A stretch of DNA of 64,000 bases from Octopus sinensis (taxonomy: Eukaryota). The notes under the pieces are model-generated. The model searched no databases and was not told the origin of the DNA. It saw only the letters and a list, made by a program, of their open reading frames with translations. Made by a program: the position numbers and the translations under genes. Positions 37,040 to 52,248 of the stretch are shown here, piece by piece; position 1 is the first letter of the stretch; each line of letters opens with the position of its first letter. Where the stretch lies: contig NC_042999.1 of assembly GCF_006345805.1 (NCBI RefSeq), forward strand, positions 23,374,001-23,438,000, read 5' to 3'.

Positions 37040-40000
37040 TGTATACTTATATAAAGTTTACGACGAGAATACTCATACTTCTTGCAACGGCGATCTCGAA
37101 CAGGAAACTGAAATTAATTTGTGATCATAATAGCCCTTGAAGGCGCAACTGCTCTTAAACGCATTTCCGTGGATATGTGCTTTGTTCTTAGAACTTTGTT
37201 TGCAATAGAATATCATTAAATTTTCTGGGAAACTGATGGTCCAGTGGTTAAGGAATTCGGCTCGCGATTGTAAGTTCGTGAGCTCGATTCCTAAAGGCGC
37301 GTTTTGTCCTTGAGCAAAACACTTTATTTTTCCCTTGCTCCAATTCACTCAGCTAGAAAAAATGAGCTGTACCTGTTATTCAAAGGTCGTTTTATCGCGT
37401 TCTGAGTCACGCTAAATATCCTTGAGAACTACGTGCATGTTAGGCGCGTGTATGGAGGTCCCAGCCACTTGCACGTTAATTTCCACGAGAGAAGGCTGTT
37501 CCGTTGATCGGGTCAACTGGAACCCTTACCATCGTAATCGACAGAAAGCCATTTTAGTAAATTTCCTAAAACTATGTTAAGTTGCTGAACTTGACGAAAT
37601 CACTTTACACAAAAGCTTTCAGTTTTTTTTTTATTTACTTTTAGTATTGTCAAAAAATGTTCTTTTTCACTGATTACTGAACTGTTATCTATTTTATTAA
37701 TTAAACACAAGATATATGAGTTCTATCTAATTACCAAGGCATTCGAGAAACAAATGAGAATTCGGTACAAGCATAACTTAAATAAGTTTTACATATTAAA
37801 AATGCAATACGAAGTATATTTCTCAATACAAACAAATAAACAAACCAATCCCAAATGCACGATTATTTATCGACCGAATATATAATTTTAGTTATTGGCA
37901 GACGACAATACGTACGTACACACGAGAATAAGAATCAAAAGACTTTTCACTCAAAGCAAAACAGAAAGGAACGAATTTTCAGTACAGAAACCAGAATGAA
38001 ATTTTTAGCTCAATAAAATCAAAGTGAAACTGATTTAAAATTAAATTATGTTATTTAATAACAGGTTAACTATGTGCACGGAGAATCAAACAGCACTTCA
38101 ATCCAGATCGATCGCTTCATGAGGTATTATGAATTTCGTCTTTATTGCACGTTTGATACGAAAATAATGTACAATGCTGTTCAGAAGCGGCATTCCCCCG
38201 AAAGGCAAAAAAACGAATGATAAAGCCCATCAGTTACAATAAGCGCAAACATTAATAAAAAGAGTGAGAGAAAATGTTGCACCAGTTAAGAATTATATTT
38301 TGTTATTATTCCTCAAATTATATCAACATTGTACGAAACGATGACGGACCAAGACACATGAATTATCGAGAAAAATGAAACTCAAGATGTGATAAAGTAT
38401 TAGAAATAAATACAGGCTTGCGAATATACAGACATTGATCATAAACAACAAGGTTCTAAAACTTAAAATACAACTTATAGCAAGAATATAAAAAGAAGCC
38501 TCCAAAATAACCGGCCATACATAGAGAATATATACCGGGAAAACGCAGCAACCGACTACCCAGAAAAAAGTGTAGTTGGCCACAGACTAATGCAAGTAGC
38601 ACAACGGAAAGGCTTAAAGGATTTGGGGAGGAGTGTCGCATATGGCCGGGTGGCCCTTACACGACTTACTTGTCCTACATGAGTGAAGCATGGGAAATAG
38701 CGGGATACAGGAACTCAAGCGGCATTGAAGATAATGATGAATATATCGATGGATTTATCGATGAGTAGGAGGTGAAAAAGCCTCGTTAGAGGGTTTGAAA
38801 CCTCATCTTATTGTATTATTTGTAGTGGTTTATAACCTCAATTGTGTGTTTAAAAAAACATGTTAAGTAAAAGGTTTTAGTGCCTCCTTCTTGTAAGAGG
38901 TTTGAAACCTCATATTGATTTAAAAAAAAAAGAAAATATGTTTTCGAGAAAAATCCAATCGGCGGGTGTTGGGTTTCGTCTCTCATTTATTCATTTTATT
39001 TCATTTTCATTCATTAATGTGTTTGTCCAGCACGCAAAGCTACACAATCTTTATACTGTCCATATGACATTTTATGAAATGAAATAAAGTAGCACAACGG
39101 AATCTACTTTATGTACAACATACTAAACCCAACAAAAGGAAAATAAAGCAATACAAATGAATTGATGATGTACACAATGAAGGGATGCTTAAACTACACT
39201 GGAAGCAAAAACTGATATTGTTGTTTCTTCCGTCTCGAGCCACACCTGGCTCACAAGGGCCGGTTTCTCGGTTTCCTTGCCGTATAGGTTCCCAACCTGG
39301 ACGGGACACCGGTTGCAGGTGAGCTGCAAAATGCAAGAGGAAAGAGTGAGAGAAAGTTGTGGCGAAAGAGTCAGCAGAGGTTCACCATGACCGTCTGCCG
39401 GAGCCGCGTGGAGCTCATAAACACACACATCGCCCGGTCTGAGATTCAAACCCGCGATCCCTCGACTGCGAGTCCGCTGCTCTAACCACTAGGCCATGTG
39501 CCTCCACAAAGTTCATATTACACAAATCTAAAACAGACAAAGAAAATACGACGGAAATTGAAAATTATGATTAAAATCACAGAATTCGCTTGTGTAACTT
39601 GCACTTTATCGGTTGCGTCGATAAAGTTTCCAGTTGATCCGATCAACGGAACAGCCTGCAAGTGTTATCAACGTGCAAGTGGCTGAGAACTCCAAAGTCA
39701 GGCATAGCGTTAACGTAGTTCTCAGGGATATTCCGGGTGACAAGGAATATGACAAGGCTGGTCCTTTGAGTTACAGATACGACTCATGTTTCTCAGTTGA
39801 GTTAAATGGAGCAATGGGAAATAAAGGGTTTTACTCAAGGGTACAACTCGTCGCTGGGTATCGAACTTACCACCTCACGCTCATGAACCGAATATACTAA
39901 TCACTAAGCTAGGCGCTTTCAAACAAACTTCCTCAGTTGAACATTCAAAGAAATTCCAAGTTGCGACGAAACTATAACCTCGATCCTAATAGTAACAGCA

Positions 40001-40589
40001 AATAGCATAAAAAGACACCCAACTCGATTAACGACGGCTAACATGATGCGAGCCATAATTGAGAATATAAAGAAATTAGAGAGGGCAGCGATGTGGCAGA
40101 ATCATTAGCCCGCTGAGCAAAATGGTGAGCTGCATTTCGTCCGAGTTTACGTTCTGAGTTCGAATTACACTAAGGGGAACTTTATTGTGTTTTCATTTTT
40201 TCGTTTTTTTTTGTTTTGGAGGTGGTCAAAATAAGAAGCAGTTAAGAACTGGGGTCGATGTGATCGACTTACCCTTCCCCATAATTGCTGGCCTTGTGCC
40301 AAAATTTGAAACTAATACAAAGAAAATAGTGAACATGAATCAGCCTCAACACCTGAGGCAAAATAGAAGAAAGATAAAGGCGGAAGTGTACTGCAAGATA
40401 TTCTGTCCACAAAATAATTTCTAAAATTCATTTCATCGATCCAGGGGTAGCGGCTCGTGTTGCCCGGTTACATGACTCATAGCCACAGCAGATGAGGAAG
40501 TATTTCACCGAGATGGGAACTGATTGAGACCCAACTTGGAGTGGCACCCAAGTATGCACCTAAATTATCAACACAATTTTGCCATTTTA

Positions 40590-41530
40590 TCAGTTGTTAA
40601 TTTGTGCAGGCACCGAAGAATACTGGAGAGCAAGAAATGATGAAATCCCGAAAAGCTGCTTTTGCATCTTCCTCAGATTTTAAGTTTTTTTTGCTTGCAA
40701 AAAGTTGAAAAACGTGATAGTCAGTTGGTACAAATTCTGGTGAATATGGTGGATGACAGAGCACGTTCCAGTTCAGTTCCTGTAACTTGAACATCGTTAT
40801 TTGTGCAACATGTGGTCGAGCATTGTCTTGCAAGAGAATTGGCCTATCTCTGTAGACCAATCTCGGCTGTTTAATTGCAAGTTCACTCATTCTTTCATCC
40901 ACTGTAACTGACTAACCAGGTCTGATGAAGCTGTATTGGATGACACCAGCGCTGGACTAGCAAACAGACACCATTAGCTTGTTTGGTGAATGTTCTTTTT
41001 TAGATTGTGTTTTGGCGTTTCGTCTCTATTCAACCACCATGCAGAACACTTACTATTGTTGAAACCTATCCATTTTTCATCACACGTAACAAAACGATGC
41101 AAAAATGGATTGCTTTTAAGCCGTGACATCAAAGTTTCAAGATTACATATCATTTGATGCTCGTTCAGTTCATGTAGCACCAATTTGTCCAGCTTCTTTA
41201 CCTTGCTGATTTGTTTCAGATAGTCCAATACAATTAGAATCATAACATCAAACCTTGCTGCTAACTCACGCATAGTTTGAGATGTATCTGCTTCCACAAC
41301 AGTTTCTATCTCATTATTATCCACCTTGGTCTCAGGTCTACCATGGGGCTGAGTTTCCCAGAATAAAGTCACCAGACCAGAACTTCTCAAACCATCGACG
41401 TACAGTGCGCTCCTTCGCCACATCTTCACCAAACACCTCATTGATGTTTCGAGCATTGGTTGCATGACGGAACACATAATCATAAACAACAATAAATTTT
41501 TATCTATCAATAGGTTCACAAAAATTGTTT
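40590..41530 (-). pseudogene. Mariner (DD34D) transposase relic
   Basis: FVTCDEKW, LLQDNARPH and HPPYSPEFVPTDYH motifs across frameshifted ORFs. Confidence 0.92.
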
Positions 41531-41862
41531 TACAAGAGAAAACTCACAATATAATCAGACACCATGAATTGCATTCCGAAAACGGATGATGTGACTCTAC
41601 AATGTTGTAAAACAAAAAATAGTCAGGATAAAACATTAGAGTTAACGATTGTCAAACTTGGTACATAAAGAAATCGAACATTTCATTCTTAATGACCTGG
41701 TATATATGTGCGTGTTTGTGTGTGTTTGTGTGTGTGTGTGTGTGCATGTGTGTGTGTGTGTGTGTGTGCATGTGTGTGTGTGTGTGTGTGCATGTGTGTG
41801 TGTCTTAAGAGAAAGGAGGAAGTCAGGAAATGGATAAAAATTATTTGTTTAGTATATTCGAC

Positions 41863-42028
41863 CCTTTCAGGGATTCATTATGAATGATTTCATGGAAAAA
41901 ATTCATACGTCTTATATACACTGTTATGTATGCAAGTTGAAAGGAAAATTTGGAATCGAATTAGATTCTTTTTCAATAAAAGGTACGCATTTTCTCAAAG
42001 AAATCATTCATAATGAATCCCTGAAAGG
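41863..42028. mobile_element. Small MITE-like inverted repeat
   Basis: cctttcagggattcattatgaatgatttc and gaaatcattcataatgaatccctgaaagg. Confidence 0.7.
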
Positions 42029-42873
42029 CACAAAATTGCTACGTAGTTAATTTTTATCGAAATTTTGACAACTTCATTTTCTTTAACATAAAAAAAAAAC
42101 CCTATACAAACACCACTTGAAACAAGCCATAAATACACAAAGGCATGTATGTTTGCATTACATAATTTTATGAGTACATATATATATATATACATACATG
42201 TGTGTATGTACTTGTGCGTGTATGTGAGTGTGTGTGAGTGTGTATACAGACATATATTAAGAACGATGTAGCATTCATAATGTCAGCAAATAGTTGCAGG
42301 CTTTATTCTAGTTTAATCAAACCGATGCCATTGTTTCCTCAGCGGCGGCGCAATGAAACTGTTTTAAGCGAATCGTCTGCATCCGCCTTCGTTAATGAAC
42401 TAACGAGCAAGAAGGATACAGTCTAGCTTTGTTAATTTTAGTCCTATCATCCTATACAGCTGACTGACAGAGACAAAAAAAAAATGATAGACGTTGAGAT
42501 AGCTTGATTCATACACGTATGAGTACGTGTGTATGCATGAATATACACACAGACACAGCCTTACATATATATATATAATGAAATTGAGAGAGACGTTTAT
42601 TATGAATAATTTATCGTTAGTAGTTGTCTCTTCAAATATAATAAAAGAAAATAGATATCGCTTCAGTTTTGCAGTTTCTGACAATGGTACTCGCGTAAAA
42701 CATTATCATTTGTCTTATCAGCAGTCTTGCTGCATATCACGGAGTATTGAAATAGACCGTGAGGAAAATAATAATATGGGAAATTTGGATAGCGTATTAT
42801 ATGATAAAATGGCATATGTTATCTTATTAAAGACCGAGAAGAACGTGAATAGATATACACACGCACACACGGC

Positions 42874-42911
<38 letters not shown>

Positions 42912-43452
42912 CATGTACGCCATTACACAGAAAATCTAGTGGTGGTCGGGAGACGAGGATTTGTCGCGGCGTCCTTGTGCCAACTACAAGGTCACCTTGG
43001 AATAAAGGGGCACAAGAAAATACTGATGATGAAACATGTATCACAGACAGTTGAGAAGAGCTCAACGTGGTTATGTGCGACAAAAAATGGTAGATGGAAC
43101 TGAAAAGAAATGCAAAAGGGCATTAAAACTAACGGGAGGGAAACCCAGTTTGCAAGTTTGCAAGTTTTTGTGGCGGCCTTGTTACCCAAATGTTCCGAAT
43201 TCAATCTCCACTACAGGTGGCATTTAAATAATAGGAAGATGACACCCAAGAGTCACTACTTAGCTGGGCCCGGATCCTTTCGGTTGTCAGGAGCGAAAGG
43301 GCCGAAAAACTTGTTTGATGGGAGTTCTGAAGATTTCTCCTGCAATCTGCTCGCTCCGTATCGAGTTTCTACATACCGAAGAGTAACAGAGACAGAGGGA
43401 GAAAACAGATAGATAGATAGATAGGCTGACAAACAGATAGATAGATAGATAA

Positions 43453-43523
<71 letters not shown>

Positions 43524-44352
43524 TAGACATATAGAATTATTTTAATAGCATCCGTTACATAAATGACCGATATGTGTTGTTAGGGAAAAGGTTTGCGTGA
43601 GCAATGCATCTATGTTCTGTGTGTATGTTTGCATGAACTGCATACATGTTCCAGTTTATTAAACTGCCTCAGCGAAGGATGGACTGCGCTGTACGATTAC
43701 CAAATTTTCCCGCAGCAAAATTTTAGCTACGAATTTCCTGGCCATGATATGAATCAATTCCGCATGATAAAAAAGCAAACCTGACATTGGAAGAATTTGA
43801 ACTCAGATGATACAGAGCTAGCTGAAACAGGTATTTGGGCAAGTATCTATTCTTATAACCCAGAACTAACCAGTATAGCTGTGGCTAAAATTTAGTTAAC
43901 GGACGACGCCCGATGTGTATGTGAGTACATGTGCACGTGTGGGAGTATGTATATGTGTACGTGTTTTTGTCTTTATGCATACGTCTATTTTTCACTGATA
44001 TGTATTGGTTTAGGGTCTAAATATCCATAAAACATAAGGCCAGTAATTGACAAATGAACTTTATTAAATATTTCTTCTGCGGAAATTTATAGGCATTATA
44101 TGCACTAGTGGTTAGCTACCTGTAAGCCACGACGCTGTTGTTCACAACTGTGATATGAAATAAAATATATAGCCCTTTAGTTTCGTGTTTATGAATAATA
44201 GCGAAAGATCTCTGTATATAAAAAGTTACGTGTTACTTTTTATAGTTTGCTGTTTAAGTCGTATTACGACAGTTTGAATGCGTGGGGCTGCCAAACAACA
44301 AATAGAGAGTGAGTGAATGGCAGTAGCAAAATTAAAATGAGAAACTATTATA

Positions 44353-44752
44353 GGCGCAGGAATGGCTGTGTGGTAAGTAGCTTGCTAACCAACCACATGG
44401 TTCTGGGTTCAGTCCCACTGCGTGGCATCTTGGGCAAGTGTCTTCTGCTACAGCCTCGGGCCGACCAATGCCTTATCAGTGGATTTGGTAGACGGAAACT
44501 GAAAGAAGCCTGCCGTATATATGTATATATATATATATATATGTGTGTTTGTGTATCTGTGTTTGTCCCCCTGGCATTACTTGACAACCGATGGTGGTGT
44601 GTTTACGTCCCCGTCACTTAGCGGTTCGGCAAAAGAGACCGATAGAATAAGTACTGGGCTTACAAAAGAATAAGTCCCGGGGTCGAGTTGCTCGATTAAA
44701 GGCGGTGCTCCAGCATGGCCGCAGTCAAATGACTGAAACAAGTAAAAGAGTA
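44353..44752 (+). mobile_element. Family B CORE-type SINE, full length
   Basis: Complete head, CORE, internal (TA)n and tail. Confidence 0.9.
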
Positions 44753-45678
44753 AAAAAAAAAGAGAAAATAGTTAGTTGTATTACACTGGCCATCGTGGGA
44801 CAGCTATAAAAAGTAAGCAATGAAATATGCGTTAATAAGGAATGACAATTCAAATTAAAAATACCAAACGTTTAAGGAAAACAAACAAATGATTTAGTGG
44901 CATGTGCCTAGATATTTAATTGATCTGAAGTTTGGCATGACTTTACAAAATATCGGCAGTGGTGGTCATGGAAAACTAAGCGTTTTGCGAAGAATATTAT
45001 AATTTGGAATTTATCAGTTTCAGTATTTCTATATTAAAACATAGTTACGCAATTTATTCCATACTCAAATAAACTTGGTTTGTCATATTTGACCTTTCAA
45101 AACAAAATGTTTCAGCGCTGTGTAATTAATTTCGCATGTATATATACATATATAAAATACATAAATATATATATATATATACATACATACGTACACTGTG
45201 TGTGGGGTGTCACTGGGGGGGGATGTATGTATGTACATATATCTATGTGTGTGTATGTGTGTATGTGTGTGTGTGTGTGTGTGTGTGAAAGACTTCAATT
45301 TGGTATTTGTCTTCTAAGAATGTTGAGGTGGAAATGTATATTGAAATACCTGTGTTTCTTAAAGAGCCTGTATTCCCATTGCCATTAAGAAACACACGCA
45401 ATGGTTTAACTCATTTCATTTTATTTCATTCATCATTATCCTCATCCTTCTCCTCCTCCTCCTCCTGCTCCTCCTCATCATCATCATCATTACCTGCTTC
45501 TTCTCCTTTTTATTCCTCCTCCTCATCCTCCTCTTCTTCTATTATTATTATACTATTTTAATTTTTATTATTACTATTCTTGTTCTTGTCCTTGTTCTTG
45601 TTCTTCCTCTTCTTCTTCTTCTTCTTCTTCTTCTCTTCTTCTTTCTTCTTCTTATTATTATTATTCTTATTATTATTA

Positions 45679-45699
<21 letters not shown>

Positions 45700-45714
<15 letters not shown>

Positions 45715-47021
45715 GAGAGAGAGAGAGAGAGTTACACATGTTATCCAAGTGACACTGGGGTACACAAATATACGATGCCCAATATATCTACACGTCGGAT
45801 AAGGGTATATAAGGCACATGCACCAAAGCCATATGTGCGCGACATGGTGATCTCATATCAAGATAAACAGTGCATGACCAGTTACAATTTTCCTCAGGTT
45901 GAGTAGCCTATCCTGCTCAGAAGGTTCTTGAATAAGGTTTTTTTTTTGAATGATGTTGAAGGAAGCAACTATGTCTCCAGCGGTTAATTATTCCAACTCC
46001 AAACAATCCCTCTCAACACATGGCTATGAAATCTGCCCCACTACTCCTGCTCATGACCTTACAGGTGGGGCCCAGTTAGAATTTTCTTCAGGTTGAGTAG
46101 CCCATCCCGCTCAAAAGGTCCCTGAATAAGGGTTGTTTAAGGTTGTTGAAAGAACCACCCATGTTTCCAGAGGTGAATTATTCAAACCCAAAAGAATCCC
46201 TCTCAACACATGGCTATGATGCTCCCCCACTAATTCTGCTCGTAGTCAGAGATGCACATATCGTCAGCCATTAAGGGACATGCTCAACTGGTTAAGGTCA
46301 AACAACTGACAAGCAAATCTGTGGTATTGAGCAGAATATTTGCTGTAGCCCATCTTTTACACCAAGGTAAAACATGTACATGATAACACTTTCAGTCAGT
46401 TAAGATCAGGAGCAATAAGAACCACCGCTGATACGGCACCAGAGCTTTTAGTGTTGTTGTTGTTGAATACCGAGCAATAACAACAACAGTTGCTATTATT
46501 CAGTAGGATCGCACTAGACCGAACTAGACACCTATAATGGAGAGGAGTGTCAATCAGGCGATAACTACTGCAGCGCTTCAGGCCCAAAGTTTTGACATGG
46601 CATTACAAGATATAAAACGGAAATCAGCGAAGGATAACCACTTCTAGTTTTGGGAAAAGGCCAGCAATTTTGAGCGAAGGAGGAAAAAGAAGTCGATTAC
46701 ATCAACTCCAGTATATAACAGGTAATTTATTTTATCGAGCTTCAAAGGCTGAGTGACCTTAGCGGAATTTGAACTCAGAAAGTAACGGCAGACGGAATAC
46801 CTATTTCTCATATCGACCCTAGTACTTAACTGGTACTTAATTTACCGACCTAGAAAGGATGATAGGTAAAGTCAACCTCTACGGAATTCGAGCCCTGAAC
46901 ATAAAGACGGACGAAATACTGCCAAACATTTTACCTGGTGTGTTATCGATTGAGCCATTTCACCGCCTTCGTCGTAATAATAATGATGATGATCATGATG
47001 ATCATGATGATGATCATGATC

Positions 47022-47065
<44 letters not shown>

Positions 47066-47601
47066 CTTAACTGCTTGGAAGTTTTATCATGTACGTTGTT
47101 TTGTCTTGGTATAAAAGATGAACTACAGCAAATATTCTGCTCAATACCAGAGGTTTGCTTGTCAGTTTTTTTACCTTAACGAGTTGAGCATTTCCCCTAG
47201 TGGCTGATGATATCTGCATCTCTGATCACAAGCAGAAGTAGTGGGGAGCATCATAGCCATGTTCTGAGAGGGACTCTTTGGGGTTTGAATAATTGACCTC
47301 TGGAAACATGGGTGTTTCGTTCAACATCTTTAAACAACCCTTATTCAGGGACATTTTGAGCGGGATGGGTTACTCAACCAGAAGAAAATTCTAACTGGGC
47401 CCCACCTGCAAGGTCATGTGCTGTTTATCTTGATATGAGATCACCATGTCGCGTACATATGGTTGTGTTGCATGCGCCTAGTGTACCCTTATCCGACCGG
47501 TAGTCATGATGGGTATACTGGGCTTTGTATATTTTACCCCAGTGTCATTTTGATGGCATGCACTGCACTCTCACTCAATAATGATAATAATAATAATAAT
47601 G

Positions 47602-47632
<31 letters not shown>

Positions 47633-47770
47633 TGATGATAGTAATGCATGTGCCTGGAGTACCCTTATCAGACGGGTAGTCATGATGGATATACGGGGCT
47701 TTGTATATTTTACCCCAGTGTCACTTTGATGGCATGCACTACACTCTCACTCAATAATAATGATAATAAC
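45700..47770. mobile_element. Inverted pair of an unclassified ~650-bp (AAT)n-tailed retroposon (45700-46395 -, 47080-47770 +) around family A SINE fragments
   Basis: gatatgagatcaccatgtcgc, attctaactgggccccacctg and caaatattctgctcaatacca occur in both orientations. Confidence 0.75.
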
Positions 47771-48155
47771 AAATTTTATGGTCGCAAGACCTCAATTATT
47801 CGTGAGGTGTGAAAGGGCTAAATAGAGCCATAACTTCATGAACAGCCAAAACAATAAGCAATATATTCATAACTTGATCAATTTAATTCTGTCGTGCGTT
47901 AAAATCTTTGTATCTGATACGAAAGCATAAAATTATGTTTTGGCAAATTATAACAAAATATGGCTACCACAGTGAAAAACTAATACTTGAAAAAAATAAA
48001 AAAGCAACGATGAAAGAAATTTTCATTGAATTTAAAAACTAAAATAAGCAAAAATAATAATAAGAAATTGTAGGTTTGTTAATATGATTTCCTTTGAGGA
48101 ATTATGTTATTTGTTTCGAGAACAGAAAATATGACAAAATATATGACATACAGAG

Positions 48156-48194
<39 letters not shown>

Positions 48195-48651
48195 TGTCTA
48201 TCGAGTGTCTTGTTTTTTTTAACAACTACCAAACACATATTTATCTAATGAAGCCAAATTGTCATTATAACGAACAAATACACTAAAGAATCACACACTC
48301 ACACAAACATACAGATATACATACACACACATATACACGAGAGATAAAAAAGAGAGCAGAAACTGAAGTAGATAGATGAATAAATCAGTCAATGAAATAA
48401 AAACAATTTAAAATGAATCTACCGAGTATGATGCGATATGTACTGACAAACCTACGATATTGAACTAATGTCTTGACAATATCAGGTGATTTATATCTTC
48501 TGACAAGTCGTTAATCCTCCAGATGTAACGAACACAGGAGAGTAGTGTTATGAAGTAGTAACAAAAAAAGTGATCATGCGTGCAGGTGTGTGTTACACGT
48601 TGAATATATATATATATATATACATACATACATATATATATATCTCTTATG

Positions 48652-48703
<52 letters not shown>

Positions 48704-48877
48704 GAGAGAGAGAGAGATAGATAGTTGCGTACATCTATATGGATATATATCATATAAATTTAAGTATATACATACATATATATATATGCATATGTATATA
48801 TGTATATATATATGTGTGTTTGTCTGTGCGTGGGTGCACGTATGTATATGCTTGTGCGTATGCATATAAATATATAT

Positions 48878-48985
<108 letters not shown>

Positions 48986-50745
48986 GTATATATAATATGT
49001 ATATGTATATATATATATATATATATATGCATATATTTATACTTATATATGCATGTGTATCTCTCTCTCTCTATGTGTATATATATATATATATAATACA
49101 TACAAGCATACATGTATATAGATCATACATACAAACATACATACATATTTATACACCATCACGAGACTTCCTGCAGTGAAATGTCTTTCTAATTTTATTT
49201 GTTCCAATATTTTTCTAGTTTCTTGTCATTTATTCTCTCATTTCGACTTATCCGAGAAAGGAATATATCCGAAACGTTATAGCAATCAACTCTTTCATGT
49301 ACAGCAAAGCAATATTGGTAATTATGTACTACACCCGCTTTCTTCTTTTAAGATGAATTTGTTTTAATTATGTATATAAAGTTTGTAATTGCTCCCCACC
49401 CTAAATGATTTAGCCACACCCATCCATAACGTACATCGTATATGATTTTAACTATGGTTTAGATATAACTTGCAAAGTTATTTTCCACGGCTTGTTATAT
49501 ATATATCGAGTGATATTCTTAATGTTTGAGTAGTTAGCAACATTTTACAGTTGATTCGGTGTTTACAATTTATATTCATAAAGTTGTTATTGCTAATGCA
49601 GTTTCGCACCTCTCCTTGAAAAATGCATTTCTTTGAAAAACATTTCGGATTCTTACAGTTTAGATGTCGGAGATTACGACTGGGCAAAACAAATTTTTAA
49701 AATTTCACCTCATCCCTTTTAAATGCTTGATTTTGTTTACTTGAAAGAGATCGTAGCGAATTAACGAACATATACAAATGGAAATTAAATACAGACAAAA
49801 ACGTTATAGTGAAAAGAATTTGCGTTTTACTTGTGTAAATAAGAATTCAATGTAATAGACCGTTTTATTAGAAACAAACATTAATGTTTAATAAGGGGCT
49901 AAAATTACACTATCTCGTCCAATTTTAAATTTTGAAATTTTTCATCCATTTATTTATTTATCTATCTGTCTATTTATCCCTATCCGTTATTCATAAAATA
50001 TTTCCCAATTAAATGTGGTGGTTCTATAGAAGACGGTGTTACTGTTGTTTTTAGCCCCAGGAAGACAGTCATATCTATTTATCTCTTATACACATATCTA
50101 TATGTTTTATTGAATTTAAAATGTTGAAAACGTGGTTTTAGCATATTCGGAATCTCCGTCAGAGGTAAAACAAATTTCTAAAACTTCAAAATTTTAAGTG
50201 GGGTGGGGTTAAAAATCATTTTTTCGCATATTTGTAAACTCCGATATCTACAACGTAGGAATCCGAAAAAATTTTAAGGAGAGGTACGAAACTGCGTTAG
50301 CCCCCATAAAGCCTACGTAAATCGATACTTGCTTAATATCTACTTTTGAATATGTGGCAATTTAAGAGCCTCGTACTAAGGAGAATAAAACAAAAACCAT
50401 ACAGTTTATATTCCTTGCTGGTGAAGGTACACAAGTATTCCCGATTTACCTGGTGCTTCAAAAGAAAACCAAAACGGTATTCGATATCATTCGTGTGAAA
50501 AAACTCAAAGAATTGAGATTTAGAGAAGAAATATACTTATAATTAAGTTCAAGTTTTTTTTCCTAAGTTTAATTTTTGTTATATGTCAATAACACGTAAT
50601 AAAACTATTTCAATGTCGGGTTCTTTGTTCACTATATAAAGTGCTATGTACAGTGAGGTGTATTTTGATTTGCATCTTGTGAATATAATATGATTTATAT
50701 CAATCTCCCTATACACACTCACTTATAAGAACACATAAAATTTTC

Positions 50746-50786
<41 letters not shown>

Positions 50787-50829
50787 TATATGCATACACA
50801 CATACACAAATTCTTACAAACGCACATAC

Positions 50830-50878
<49 letters not shown>

Positions 50879-50975
50879 CATATATATATATACATACATA
50901 TATATATATATCTATATAAATATATATATACATATATATTAATCTATCTATATCTATCTATATATATGTATGTAT

Positions 50976-51019
<44 letters not shown>

Positions 51020-51032
51020 CTGTGTGTGTGGA

Positions 51033-51081
<49 letters not shown>

Positions 51082-51234
51082 TTGTGTGTGTAGCGAGCGA
51101 AAGAAAGTGAGATAAGTAGTTATGCTTACATAGAAAGATACAAATGTATATTTTTATATGTCAATTAATGAAACAAGCATAGTGGTATTATAATCGCTTT
51201 TCACTATTGTGAAAAGCGTTTACACACAGATTTG

Positions 51235-51278
<44 letters not shown>

Positions 51279-52158
51279 CGCACACACACACACATGCATA
51301 CACACATACTTACATACACACATACACGGTTACATATATACATGCATACATGTATATATGCATTGAAGAGCTGCGGGCTTCTGATGCCTAGACTATTGCA
51401 GTACCTGGTCCTGAATTTAGATGGAGTGGATGGCATCTTTCGTACAATTCAATGGCGGCCAGTTCTGGCATTTGTATATCTCTGAAGGCCAAAGTTAGGT
51501 ACTAGCCCTTCTAGGATCTTCCATATGTATATTATCGCATATCTCTCATGCCTTTGGTACAGAGAGTAAAGCTGTAGTTTTCTCATTCTATCCCTGTAGC
51601 TCATCCGCTGCACTGTTCCAATCTTTTTAGTGTAGTGGCGTTGAACTGCTTCAAGCTCCGCTCTTAGTTTGGCACTATGTGGTGCAGTAGTCCAGGCGAC
51701 TGAGAACAAAGGTTCTCCATAGGGTCAACATAGTTTCTTTGTCTCTTTGTAACATATTTTTGCATTTCATGTATTTAATATATTTTATAATTGATTTGTC
51801 TAACTTGTTTATCCCCATTTTTCCTCCTCTACCAGGTCAAGTTTGAATAGTTTGAGTACTACTAGGAGTATTCTATATGGAGAAAACCTGAAACTCATCT
51901 ATCAACTATATATACATATGTAACTTTTTCTTCCTGGTACCGCCAATTGCGAAGCATTTAGTCTTATCGTTAAAGATGCAAAACTGAAACAGTACAATTG
52001 GTCGATAACTGATGAAAAATTATGGACTTTCAGATTGTTTTACAATTATTTTTACAATCAGTATACGTTTTGCCGTTTGTTTATGTAATTTTATATACAC
52101 ACACACACATATATATATAAATATATATGTTTATACATCTATATATATATATATAAAA

Positions 52159-52239
<81 letters not shown>

Positions 52240-52248
<9 letters not shown>

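Noticed and set aside
42527-43054. 175-aa + strand ORF
   Set aside because: It starts in and crosses (TA)/(CA) microsatellites and has no recognisable domain.
49245-49285. ccgagaaa-gga atata tcc-gaaacgtt motif
   Set aside because: The core is too degenerate to call a ribozyme; at most it is a decayed Penelope terminus.
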